Below, piece after piece: positions 50,123-59,680 of a stretch of DNA of 64,000 nt. The DNA is taken from the NCBI GenBank assembly GCA_963737155.1, contig CAVTRN010000002.1, positions 2,272,001-2,336,000 of the forward strand, written 5' to 3'. This DNA is from Nitrospirota bacterium (GTDB lineage Bacteria > Nitrospirota > UBA9217). Under the pieces are notes generated by a model. It was not told the origin of the DNA. It did no database searches and saw only the letters and a list, made by a program, of their open reading frames with translations. The stretch's first letter is position 1; each line of letters opens with the position of its first letter. The position numbers were made by a program, and so were the translations under genes.

Positions 50123-50378
50123 GACCTGCCTCCTTGTTTGTGGCTCTGTATTTGGACACCCATTGCATCCAAGTATAACCCACGGTGACAAGGGGCAGGT
50201 CACTTTTTCAACTGTCAACCATTATGTCTATTGCGGATCTCCAATATAAAAATCAACGAGGAAGGCGTAAATTATTATAGGGCTTTTGAGAACATGATTT
50301 TTTCTCGTTCTTCTTCAGGGGTGGAATACTGTTAATATTTATATTGTATAATATAATTTTATATGATATTACGTATTT

Positions 50379-50945
50379 ATGAAGCTAAGCGTATGGGCAA
50401 AGCAACAAGGTATAACCTATCAAGCGGCATGGAAATGGTGGAAGGCTGGCAAGCTGCCGGTTGAGGCTGAGCAGATGCCTACCGGAACCATCATTATAAA
50501 AGAGCAGAAAACTGCCCAAGGTTCTGTTGCTATTTATGCCCGGGTATCCAGTCATGACCAAAAGAAAGACCTGGACGGGCAGCTCGGGCGGCTTTCCGTA
50601 TATGCCGCTTCCAAAGGGTTGTCAGTTTCAAAAGCGGTGTCTGAGGTTGGATCTGGTCTTAATGGGCACAGGCCAAAACTCATGAAGCTGCTTGCCGACT
50701 CCAACGTCAGTATTATTGTCGCCTTGCATCGTGACCGGCTTATGCGGTTTGGATCTGAGTATGTAGAATCGGCACTTCGAGCTCAAGGTCGTCAACTTAT
50801 TATTGTAGACCAGACCGAGCTAAAGGACGATCTGGTGCAGGACATGATTGAAGTATTGACATCGTTTTGCGCAAGGCTCTACGGACGCCGGTCAGCGGCC
50901 AATAAAGCAAAAAAAGCTCTGGAGGCCATGGAGAATGGCAAGTAA
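50379..50945 (+). CDS. tnpA: IS607 serine recombinase (MerR-like HTH plus resolvase domain)
   Basis: MKLSVWAKQQGITYQAAWKW, IYARVSS, GSGLN, RDRLMRFG, DLVQD, ARLYGRRS. Confidence 0.95.
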   Translation: MKLSVWAKQQGITYQAAWKWWKAGKLPVEAEQMPTGTIIIKEQKTAQGSVAIYARVSSHDQKKDLDGQLGRLSVYAASKGLSVSKAVSEVGSGLNGHRPKLMKLLADSNVSIIVALHRDRLMRFGSEYVESALRAQGRQLIIVDQTELKDDLVQDMIEVLTSFCARLYGRRSAANKAKKALEAMENGK

Positions 50946-52398
50946 TAAGGATAAAATGGGCAAGAGCGGCAAAAGTGAAGCACTTTCTTTTACCGCTCAA
51001 ACTTTGCTGATTGACATGTCTTACCTGGACACAAAGAAGTCTCTTTATCATGTTCTTGACGATATCGGCGACTCATACGGGCACATCAAACGCTCTCTCT
51101 TTAAAGACAGCGTTCGTTCCGGCAACAAACCCATTTCATTCAAAAATGAGTATCTTGTCAGGTATGGTATCACCGCCCGGCAGTTTAACGCTATCCGCTA
51201 CGATCTTGACGGCAATATCAGCTCCGCGGTTGAGGTATTAAAACTACGGATTGAAAAGCTCGAGCACAAAATAAAATCTGCGAGAAAATGGATTAGAACC
51301 AAAGAGAACAGTATCATTGACATACGCAAAGACACGGAATTGTCCGGACATGAGAAAACGACCAGCGTGAAGTCTCTCCGGTTTGCGGTCCACAACAAAA
51401 AACGGAAGCTCCATTCATCGGTGCAGAAACTGGAAAAGCTGAAGTACGATTTGGACAAAGGCCGAATCAGGATTTGCTTTGGGACAAAGAAACTTTTCCA
51501 CAAGCAGTTTAACCTTTCTGAAAACGATTATAAATCCCACAATAACTGGCTGTCTGCCTGGAAGGCTGCCCGAAGCTCTTCATCGTTTTGTCTGGGATCG
51601 AAGGATGAAACGGCCGGCAACCAGACCTGCACGCTTGGCGTCGACGGGTCGCTCAGGATACGGGTCCCAAACTATCTTGCCAAAAAATACGGTAAACACA
51701 TCATGGTGCCTACCGTAACATATCCTTACGGGCAGGAATATATTGAGCAGGCACTCCTGCGCGGCCAGGCAATCACCCACCGGTTTGTCCGTGGCGAGAA
51801 GGGTTGGTATCTGTATTCTTCATTTGATATCCCCCAAAGAGAAACAGTAACCGGGAAACCGCAAGAAATCGGATGTATTGGCGTAGATGCAAACGAAAAA
51901 GAGATTGCTGTTTCCGAGACTGACCGGTTCGGCAATCTTGTCTGGCACACAACGTATCCTGCATGTATAAAAGACAGAACCACGGAACAGACCAAGGCAA
52001 CTTACGGTGATATCTGCGTCGGCATTATCGACCGGTCAATTAAAACCGGGAAACCCGTCGCTCATGAAACTCTTGACTTCGAAAAGAAGAAAGCATCTCT
52101 TAAGGAACAGGGAGTAACGTATGCGCGGATGCTGTCCGGGTTCGCCTATTCCACCTTTTTAAACATGCTTGACCGCAGAGCATTTAAGGCAGGCGTCGGT
52201 GTGCTCTCCGTGAATCCTGCTTACACATCCGTTATCGGCAGAAACAATTATATGTCTCATTATGGCATTTCGCTGCATGAAGCAGCGGCGCTTGCTATTG
52301 CGAGAAGAGTTCAAGGATATTCCGAGTCTCCCATACCAGGCAGAACCGCCTCCCCTCTACCTGTAAGGAATCGAGAGGAGCACATCTGGAAGTTTTAG
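50935..52398 (+). CDS. tnpB: IS607-associated TnpB, zinc-finger-less type
   Basis: RuvC-I IGVDAN, RuvC-II HETLDF, VNPAYTS, HEAAALAIARR; possible premature TAG near the C-terminus. Confidence 0.88.
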   Translation: MASNKDKMGKSGKSEALSFTAQTLLIDMSYLDTKKSLYHVLDDIGDSYGHIKRSLFKDSVRSGNKPISFKNEYLVRYGITARQFNAIRYDLDGNISSAVEVLKLRIEKLEHKIKSARKWIRTKENSIIDIRKDTELSGHEKTTSVKSLRFAVHNKKRKLHSSVQKLEKLKYDLDKGRIRICFGTKKLFHKQFNLSENDYKSHNNWLSAWKAARSSSSFCLGSKDETAGNQTCTLGVDGSLRIRVPNYLAKKYGKHIMVPTVTYPYGQEYIEQALLRGQAITHRFVRGEKGWYLYSSFDIPQRETVTGKPQEIGCIGVDANEKEIAVSETDRFGNLVWHTTYPACIKDRTTEQTKATYGDICVGIIDRSIKTGKPVAHETLDFEKKKASLKEQGVTYARMLSGFAYSTFLNMLDRRAFKAGVGVLSVNPAYTSVIGRNNYMSHYGISLHEAAALAIARRVQGYSESPIPGRTASPLPVRNREEHIWKF

Positions 52399-52739
52399 AG
52401 CAGGATGAAGACTCGGGGAGGTTGTGGAAATCATCACAGTCTCTATCAACGACGGTCCTTACAGGACTCCCCAGGCTGCGCTGAATTGCAGAAGAAGCCA
52501 TCACCCCGTCGACAGCGCAATTCTCCGGGCCACCTGCCAGCAGCAGTCTTGCTGAAAAGGCGCCAGAAGCAATCCCGATCAGCAAACAACGGGACTTGGG
52601 CGAATCAGGGCGGGAATCCCTGACGTTAACCGGCAGCAGCACTGTTCGGCTGCCGTCATAGTTATGAGAAATAAAATACTATGTTTTTAGGAACGGTGGG
52701 CAATATCTTGACAAAAAAATAGCAAAGATCACCAAGAGC

Positions 52740-53022
52740 AACACCAGATAAACATCCGGGCTTAAATGCTGACGAAATCGGAGCAATCAGCATCCTGAAA
52801 AGGTCTCGCCCGGGGCAAATAAATATCTCCCGGAGCGGTGGCCGCTTGGCACAGCCTGCAGTTAACCGGTTTGCCTGGAGGAATACCTGGCCAGCTACAT
52901 AGACCATAAGCGGGAACGCGTCAAACATCTCTGCCACATCTACGAACAGAATCTGCAGCGGCTCCCAGCAGTTGCAAAGCCTGATTCCGGAATCCTCGGC
53001 ATTCAGGCTGGGGGGATTTCAT
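52740..53022 (+). mobile_element. IS200/IS605 remnant C: tnpB 3' tail plus right end / omegaRNA region
   Basis: Clearly similar to 24880-25142 (aaatgctgacgaaatcggagcaatcagcatcctgaaaagg...cagcagttgcaaagcctgatt...); hairpin cctcggcattcaggctggggg then ttTCA. Confidence 0.85.
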
Positions 53023-54749
53023 TTGGTCTGGTCTTCTATCTCTTTGGACAAACGCGCAGGATCAAAGGGCTGCAGTGTGGCATTAAAGCTTGCGATACCG
53101 GCAGGCGGCTGAAGGTAACGAATCTCGAATGGAACCTTATCCTCTGGAGGGATGACCGTCCCCTGCCCCTGAAGAACATTTGCTTTCATTTGTTGGACAA
53201 GTGCTCCACGTTTAGCGAGAATGGCGTAATCACTCCTCGAATAAAGCTGTTTTCCGTCCAACAGTTTTATTTTGTTTATCACCATCCCCCTTGCATCGTA
53301 GACGTCTACGACAACCAACCATGCCGACCGTGGCTTGTTTGTTGAATTTTCAACAACCCCTGATATAAGCAGGTCGCCATTCGGCTCCAGAGACCCTGCA
53401 GCATTCGTAATCCGCAGGCCTCCCGTCGAGATCATATGCGCCGCGGCATCGTTAGATGACTGCTCCGGTGACTGCAGGAACACATATGCACCGAAGCCGC
53501 CCAATACCAAAATAATGGCAGCGGCTACCATGACCATTACCCTTTTGCCAGACCGGTGTGATTTGGTCGGTGACGCACCTATTACAGGAGAGAAAGCTGG
53601 TGACGGGTGATGGGAAGATTCTTTTTTTAACGCCTGTGAAGCGGGACCCCCGGCCGGTTTGGACCGATGCACCGCTTGTGGCCCGGTCTGGAAGCGAGGA
53701 ATCTTTTGAACAGATTGTTGCCCGACATTGGAAATTGCAGATGGTTTCGGCTCCGGCCGGGTCTCCGGTGGAGATATTGACGCCGGCATTACTGCAGACC
53801 CTATTTCAGGTTCTGGATTTTGTTTATGATGGGCCGTTCCGGAAGTTTCGCTTGGCGATGCAATGTCCGATTGCAGTTCAGGCACTGCAGTTGGATCTTC
53901 AGACATTTCTGTTTTCAGTTCCTGTTGAGGTTCCTGCGGTTCTTCGGGTTCCGTCTGAGATACCTCTGTTTTTTCGCCCGTAATTGTCACAATAGGTTCC
54001 GGTTCAGCTGCAGTAATCGAATCCTTAACTGTTGTCTCTGTATCCGGTTTCAGCTGAGGTTCAGACTTTTGCTCAGGCGGAGTTTGAACCGCCTCAAGGG
54101 CCTCGCTGACCGCTGCAATCCCCGCTTCTGGCGCAACCATCATTTGCAAAGTTTCTGTTTGCGGTTCCGTTTGAAGTTCAAGCTGCTGCTCAAAAGCAGG
54201 ATGAACATTCTCTCCGACAGCTGAGGCCGGCGTCATGTCCGATTCCGATTCAGATATTTTCCCCTCTTCAGATTGGGCAATATCAGACTTCTGGCTCTCC
54301 GGTTCTATCTGAGGAGGGAATTCAGTCTCACGCTCCGGAATCGGCTTAACCCGAGAAACAGCCTCCTCTAAGGGGGAACGATCTGGCAGGGATGTATCTT
54401 CGTTTTCAAGGCGGAAATAAGACATCGGAGACTTTAAAAAATCATTTACCGTTGTCCCCATGGTTGGTTCAGTGGCCGTTTTCCCCGAGATCGTACTTAT
54501 TGGTGTTGTTGCAGCCTCAGCAGTTTGTGCCACTGTCAGTCCAATTTCAGATGTTGCCTGACGTGGTTTATTTTCGAACAGGTCTAGCGGGGAAACAGCG
54601 GATTTAGATAGAGTATAGGTCGAAAAATCCTCTATAGTGATTCTTACATATACCCCACATCGTGTACAAACAAACTTGACGCCCTTGCCACTGATCTTAT
54701 CATCGGAGACACGAAATAACTTATGACAATTCCCACACCGGACTTCCAT
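53019..54749 (-). CDS. Zinc-ribbon (MJ0042-type) / DUF3426-like bitopic membrane protein with a long acidic Pro/Glu-rich linker
   Basis: MEVRCGNC..VKFVCTRC; ~350-aa low-complexity linker; one TM helix; periplasmic domain LLISGVVENS. Confidence 0.75.
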   Translation of the reverse strand: MEVRCGNCHKLFRVSDDKISGKGVKFVCTRCGVYVRITIEDFSTYTLSKSAVSPLDLFENKPRQATSEIGLTVAQTAEAATTPISTISGKTATEPTMGTTVNDFLKSPMSYFRLENEDTSLPDRSPLEEAVSRVKPIPERETEFPPQIEPESQKSDIAQSEEGKISESESDMTPASAVGENVHPAFEQQLELQTEPQTETLQMMVAPEAGIAAVSEALEAVQTPPEQKSEPQLKPDTETTVKDSITAAEPEPIVTITGEKTEVSQTEPEEPQEPQQELKTEMSEDPTAVPELQSDIASPSETSGTAHHKQNPEPEIGSAVMPASISPPETRPEPKPSAISNVGQQSVQKIPRFQTGPQAVHRSKPAGGPASQALKKESSHHPSPAFSPVIGASPTKSHRSGKRVMVMVAAAIILVLGGFGAYVFLQSPEQSSNDAAAHMISTGGLRITNAAGSLEPNGDLLISGVVENSTNKPRSAWLVVVDVYDARGMVINKIKLLDGKQLYSRSDYAILAKRGALVQQMKANVLQGQGTVIPPEDKVPFEIRYLQPPAGIASFNATLQPFDPARLSKEIEDQTK

Positions 54750-54900
54750 CCTGCGCTGCCTCCTTAAAAATTAACTTTATCGAATTTACGATATTAAGTC
54801 CTGCATCGATCCATAGACGCTTATTGCATAACACCATATCCCGCATCGGATAATGTTTTCTCCCTCGTTGTGCTATTGTAATATATTTTTAAAAAATTAT

Positions 54901-55098
54901 CTACTTCTCTGAAGTGTTTTTTTCATCCTCACTCCCGGTGGGGGAATCCTTCTTCTCCCCTGGAATGCGATATTCGTCGGAAGCCCATTTCCCCAAATCC
55001 ATGAGTTTACAGCGTTCTGAACAGAAAGGACGGAATGGATTATTTTCCCAAGCTACTTTTTCCCCACATAATGGGCAGTTTGTATGTTTTTTTTTCAT
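54901..55098 (-). CDS. yacG: DNA gyrase inhibitor YacG
   Basis: [30 protein letters not shown]. Confidence 0.93.
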   Translation of the reverse strand: MKKKHTNCPLCGEKVAWENNPFRPFCSERCKLMDLGKWASDEYRIPGEKKDSPTGSEDEKNTSEK

Positions 55099-55139
55099 AT
55101 ATTTTGCCTGTCCTCTTGTCTTCGCATTGTCCACTTATT

Positions 55140-55580
55140 TAAGTACCTAAGCGATTGGGATTTTAACCTTTTCATCAACAAAGACAACGGCACGGCCTGA
55201 CACACTGTCTGCATAAAACGTTGTCCAATGATGCCCTCCGGAAGTTCATTAAGCCGCGTGCTTATGTGCAGCAATTGAAAGCGGTTGCAAGTTCCTTCGG
55301 AATACCATCTGTGATCATGTCAACGATATTAGACTTGAACGATAATTCCGCATCCAGTGATGAATTGGACATCTCCCCATCTTATGCTTCTTTTCACCTT
55401 CTCAGGATAGTCGCAGAACGTCGTCACCCAAAGATTTTTTCCTCGAGCCCCAGCACACACATGATATCAATCATATTGGGCGCGAGTGAGACTATCTTCA
55501 TAGGCGGAGTTGCAGAATCGGCAGCAGAAAGCGAATAATACATGCTTAAGATAGTCAACACTATGATGATATTTATTTCA
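55140..55580 (-). pseudogene. btuF: Cobalamin-binding periplasmic protein (BtuF-like) pseudogene
   Basis: Broken translation PMKIVSLAPNMIDIMCVLGLEEKI / GVTTFCDYPEKVK / MSNSSL..MITDGIPKE with frameshifts, stops and an internal deletion. Confidence 0.75.
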
Positions 55581-55697
55581 TGGGCAGCGTAACAGTTTGT
55601 GATTCCCTAGAGCATCCATCGGAGAAAGTTTTTATACTACTCGATTCCAGAGCCAACACCCAGGACTGATCAAATTTCATATTCCAACCTGTTGACC

Positions 55698-55734
55698 AAA
55701 AAAATCCCCAGTCTTCTGAAGAAAGCTGGGGATT
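55698..55734 (-). terminator. Intrinsic terminator (riboswitch expression platform)
   Basis: AATCCCCAG/CTGGGGATT stem followed by a U-run on the minus strand. Confidence 0.8.
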
Positions 55735-55789
55735 AATAGATACTATTAACCCACACAGTATCTCAGCGCCGAAGACTGTGCGAGAGCAT

Positions 55790-55950
55790 CTAAGCAAGTT
55801 TCTGGTTCTTCTACTCTGCCTTCCCGACCCTTTCGGGCATCTGAGACAGAGTAATCGACCTCGTTTTTCGCAAGGCCGGGATTACAGCGACGGGTCCGCG
55901 CCCGATTCACACGGGATTCCTTTTGCATGGAGTATCACTATTCAAATAAT
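55790..55950 (-). promoter_or_regulatory. Cobalamin riboswitch (partly degenerate)
   Basis: Minus strand aaaggaatcccgtgtgaatcggg..cccgtcgctgtaa..gggaagg..gaaccagaaacttgc (B12-box-like), upstream of a terminator and the btuF remnant. Confidence 0.75.
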
Positions 55951-56063
55951 GAATTTTATAGCACATGGAAATTGTAAAGTCAAAATGTATTCCTTTCTCT
56001 TTGATTGTTGCATGCGATTATGGTATAATCTGCGGCACTTTCATTAATGTATAGGAGACAGAA

Positions 56064-57171
56064 ATGCTTTTAGAAGATATCAAGCAGCAACTCAACAACA
56101 TCAAAGGCAGGCTGGAAACCCTGCGGAGGCATCTTTGACACTCCCACCAAAGAATCACGCCTGGAAGAACTCACACGCCTTTCGGAAACCGCGGGTTTCT
56201 GGGATAGCAAAGACAAGGCAAATACCATATTAAAAGAAAAGGGGTCCCTCGAACGTTCACTCAGGAATTGGAAAGCACTTGCGACTCGGTTGAGCGACCT
56301 GGAAGCCATGGCGGAGCTTGCCGGGGAGGAAGGCGGGGATTCCCTGCGGGCTGAACTGGAGCAGGAAATCTCGATCATCGATAAAGACATCGCATCCGCA
56401 GAGGTTGCAGCGCTGCTTTCCGGCGAACGTGACGCGTCAAATGCTATCGTATCGATCCACCCGGGTGCGGGGGGGACTGAAGCCCAGGACTGGGCCGAGA
56501 TGCTCATGCGCATGTATCTGCGCTGGGCCGAGAATCGCGGGTACAGCACCGAAATCCTTGACTACCAGGCTGGCGAAGAAGCAGGAGCGAAATCTGTCAC
56601 GTTCACCGTTTCCGGCGATTATGCCTACGGTAGGTTGAAAGCCGAAGCGGGTGTGCACCGCCTCGTGCGTATCTCGCCTTTCGACGCGAACAAGCGCAGG
56701 CATACCTCGTTCGCCTCTGTCTATGTTTACCCCGAAGTCGAAGACGACATCGACATCGTGATTGATGACAAGGAACTTCGTATCGATACCTATCGCTCTT
56801 CGAGCGCAGGTGGACAGCACGTGAATAAAACCGATTCGGCCGTGCGGATCACCCATCTGCCGACCGGCATTGTGGTCCAATGCCAAAATGAGCGATCTCA
56901 GCTCAAAAACAAGAATGTCGCAATGAAGGTTCTGAGGTCGCGACTCTATGAAGTTAGGAAGAAGGAACAAGAAGAAAAACTGGGAAAACTCATGAGTGAG
57001 AAAAAAGACATTGCTTGGGGAAGCCAGATCAGATCATATGTATTCCAGCCTTACCAGTTAGTGAAGGATCACCGAACCGGCGTTGAGGTGGGGCATGTTG
57101 CGTCCGTGATGGATGGAGATCTGGACCAATTCATCGACGCATACTTAATAGCAGGAACCGGCATACGGTAG
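56064..57171 (+). CDS. prfB: Peptide chain release factor 2 (programmed +1 frameshift)
   Basis: ATG at 56064, 24 codons ending CTT then TGA C (56133-56139) with an internal GGAGG; the +1 frame contains SPF and GGQ. Confidence 0.96.
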
Positions 57172-57248
57172 GCGTCACAGTAGGGAAAATCGGCTTCTCT
57201 TCCTCCTGATCTATCGTTTTTCTTCCTGCTTGCTATCTCCTGCTTCAT

Positions 57249-59099
57249 TCACATTCCTGCCATCCGCGGACTCCGTGATTCAATATATTTCTTTACCCCC
57301 TGATACAATGCTTCTGCAATTGCCTGCCGGTAGGAATCTGTCTTGAGCAATTTTTCCTCATCAGGGTTGCTTATAAACCCTACTTCAGCAAGAATACTGG
57401 GAATGTTAGTATTCATTAAAACATAGAAAAAAGCGCTTTTAACCCCATGGTTTACAACGCTGGTTTGTATCGGTCTTACGGAATCAACGAGTGAAGCCTG
57501 CACAACGCCGGCAAGCTGTATTGACTCCTCAATTTTGTTGTCAATCTTCAAATCCTTCAGCATCTTGTCAACATCGGAATCAAGTTCGCCCAAGTTCCTG
57601 GTCGACATTTCATTTTCACGCGCCGCTGTCGCCATGGCTTCCCGATCGGACGCCTTGAGCCCCTGCACATAAGTTTCGATACCCCGTGTATTTCGCTTTC
57701 TGCTTGCATTGGCATGAATGGACACGAATAAATCGGCATTGTGCGACTTGGCGATAAACGGACGCTGGTCCAAGGGGATAAATACATCGTGATCCCGCGT
57801 CATCACCACATTGCATCCAAGGCGATCTCTTACTAGGGCAGCCAACCTCTTCGCAATGTCTAATGTTACATTTTTCTCCTTCAATCCTCTCTTGCCGATA
57901 GCGCCTGGGTCTTTGCCTCCGTGGCCCGCATCAATACAAATCGTCTTCACTTTAAGACCCATCTGCCTTGACAGCGTAAGCCGGTCACCATCAGTGTTTG
58001 CTTCGGCTGGTTCGGGAATCACAGGCGTAATATTCGGAATCTCGGTTTTTCCCGCCGCTTTGGGCTCCTCCTCCGCACTTGGCTTCTGATCGGTTTCGTG
58101 ATTTTCAGCGGTCAGCACCGTCTGCTGCGTATCTGTACCCGAGCTCTCGATGCGACTCTCAGTCTCCTTTTCACCTTCGCCAGTCACATCAACGACAAGA
58201 CGATTGGGATCGCGGAGAGGAAATGCCACATAACTTTTGATGCTGGCGAGGTCCAGCACCACCCGGACGATATCAGGAGCGTACTGGCTTGCGCGCACTT
58301 GTTTGAGAATACCGTCGTTCACCGGCAACGGCTCTTTATTGACTGACTGGTCAAGCCGTGTGTTTAAAAGATCGAATACCAGGCGGTCCGGATGTTTCAA
58401 CTCCTTCGCTTGAAACTGAACTGAGTTGTTCTGTTCAATAACGATACGGGTATAGTCGCCACCAGACCAGTATCGGATGTTTTGCACAACATTGCCCGGA
58501 TTTGTCTTGTCGGGAGCCGCAATCACCGGCACAGGCTCTTTCCGGGGTTCCATCTCCCGTTTGCGTTTCACGCTTTTGCTCATTGGCGGAGAAACGCGAT
58601 CCTTTGCCCTGTTTGTCCAAGAACTATTGGGATAGGCTTTCGACAGCCTACCCAAGGCGTCAGCGGCGCCCGCGCTATCTTTCCGGTAATTGAGCGCTAT
58701 TTCAAAAACATGGTACAACGCCTCGGGAGCTTTGGCATTTTTAGGAAAGGCTGACTGGCACGAGAGAAAAGTTTCAGACGCCTCATCCAAGTCTTTTGAT
58801 CGTTTATTATAACGGTAGAGTGCCTCGTATGCAGCAGCGCGGTCAAAGCACGCTTCGGGGGCGCTTGGGCTCTTAGGATATTTTTTTTCAACCAATTTTA
58901 GCGTCCGGATGCAATCCATCCAGTAGGAACGATACTTTTTCTTTTTTGATTTTTTCAGTTCGGCCAGACGCTGGGCAGCAACATTATACTTGTGCCCAGC
59001 TTCGGTGTTATAAGACGGGTAGGCAGGCGCAGAAAAAGCCAGCAGGAGAGTGCAAGTCATTAAAGCCGCGATAAAGGAACGGCCACGTGTCATCATCAT
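57249..59099 (-). CDS. N-acetylmuramoyl-L-alanine amidase with TPR and AMIN domains
   Basis: Signal peptide, TPR repeats, AMIN (YTRIVI, PDRLVFDL), IDAGHGGKDPG, FVSIHAN, ILAEVGFISN. Confidence 0.92.
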   Translation of the reverse strand: MMMTRGRSFIAALMTCTLLLAFSAPAYPSYNTEAGHKYNVAAQRLAELKKSKKKKYRSYWMDCIRTLKLVEKKYPKSPSAPEACFDRAAAYEALYRYNKRSKDLDEASETFLSCQSAFPKNAKAPEALYHVFEIALNYRKDSAGAADALGRLSKAYPNSSWTNRAKDRVSPPMSKSVKRKREMEPRKEPVPVIAAPDKTNPGNVVQNIRYWSGGDYTRIVIEQNNSVQFQAKELKHPDRLVFDLLNTRLDQSVNKEPLPVNDGILKQVRASQYAPDIVRVVLDLASIKSYVAFPLRDPNRLVVDVTGEGEKETESRIESSGTDTQQTVLTAENHETDQKPSAEEEPKAAGKTEIPNITPVIPEPAEANTDGDRLTLSRQMGLKVKTICIDAGHGGKDPGAIGKRGLKEKNVTLDIAKRLAALVRDRLGCNVVMTRDHDVFIPLDQRPFIAKSHNADLFVSIHANASRKRNTRGIETYVQGLKASDREAMATAARENEMSTRNLGELDSDVDKMLKDLKIDNKIEESIQLAGVVQASLVDSVRPIQTSVVNHGVKSAFFYVLMNTNIPSILAEVGFISNPDEEKLLKTDSYRQAIAEALYQGVKKYIESRSPRMAGM

Positions 59100-59139
59100 T
59101 TTCTGTTGATTTTTAACCGAATTTGCGAGCATTGTCAAC

Positions 59140-59164
59140 AAAAAAAAGCCCCGGAAACCGGGGC
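59140..59164 (-). terminator. Intrinsic terminator after rplT
   Basis: GCCCCGG-ttt-CCGGGGC followed by T8 on the minus strand. Confidence 0.85.
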
Positions 59165-59248
59165 CTCCACATTTTTTTTGAATCAATTGAATAGGCAATG
59201 CAGTGAAAGCGGTGTTACCGCCTTACCTTTCATAATCGGGATCGTGGA

Positions 59249-59602
59249 TTACGACGCAGCCTTAGCCGTCTCGACCAGTTTGGTGAAACTGGCCGGGTCG
59301 GTTACGGCGAGTTCCGCAAGGATCTTCCGGTCTATCGCCACTCCAGTTTTCGTGAGACCAGCCATAAACCTGCTATAGGTAACTCCATTCAACCGTGCGG
59401 CAGCATTAATGCGTGCGATCCAGAGTCTACGGAAATCCCGCTTGCGTGCCTTCCGGTCCCGGTAGGCATATTTGAGCGCACGGTCAACCGCCTCAGTAGC
59501 TGATCGGAATAATTTTGATTTTGCTCCCCAGTATCCCTCAGCAAGGTTGAGCACCCGCTTTCGTCTGGCCCTCGTCTTGGGGCCGCCTTTAGCTCTCGGC
59601 AT
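59249..59602 (-). CDS. rplT: 50S ribosomal protein L20
   Basis: [31 protein letters not shown]. Confidence 0.98.
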   Translation of the reverse strand: MPRAKGGPKTRARRKRVLNLAEGYWGAKSKLFRSATEAVDRALKYAYRDRKARKRDFRRLWIARINAAARLNGVTYSRFMAGLTKTGVAIDRKILAELAVTDPASFTKLVETAKAAS

Positions 59603-59680
59603 TGTTAAAACCTCCTCTGTTCATACATTCCGGTTCACAGTCTACACACTCTGAACTCTTAATGTTATTTTCTGCGTTCA

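Larger units (their letters stand above)
48480..50229 (-). mobile_element. IS110-family, IS1111-type insertion sequence (apparently intact)
   Basis: 14-bp perfect sub-terminal inverted repeats ATGGTTGACAGTTG (48485-48498 and 50209-50222); CT core at both ends; no target duplication; long 3' non-coding region. Confidence 0.9.
50306..52696 (+). mobile_element. IS607-family element (serine recombinase TnpA plus TnpB)
   Basis: Overlapping tnpA/tnpB; AT-rich left end; structured 3' tail ending ..ttttaggaacGG; boundaries approximate. Confidence 0.8.

Noticed and set aside
50306-52696. IStron (group I intron plus IS607)
   Set aside because: Only ~70 bp precede tnpA, no group I core is recognisable, and the element is not inside a host gene
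56070-56549. 159-aa minus-strand ORF, and the idea that prfB is a pseudogene
   Set aside because: Shadow of prfB; the internal TGA is the canonical CTT-TGA-C programmed frameshift
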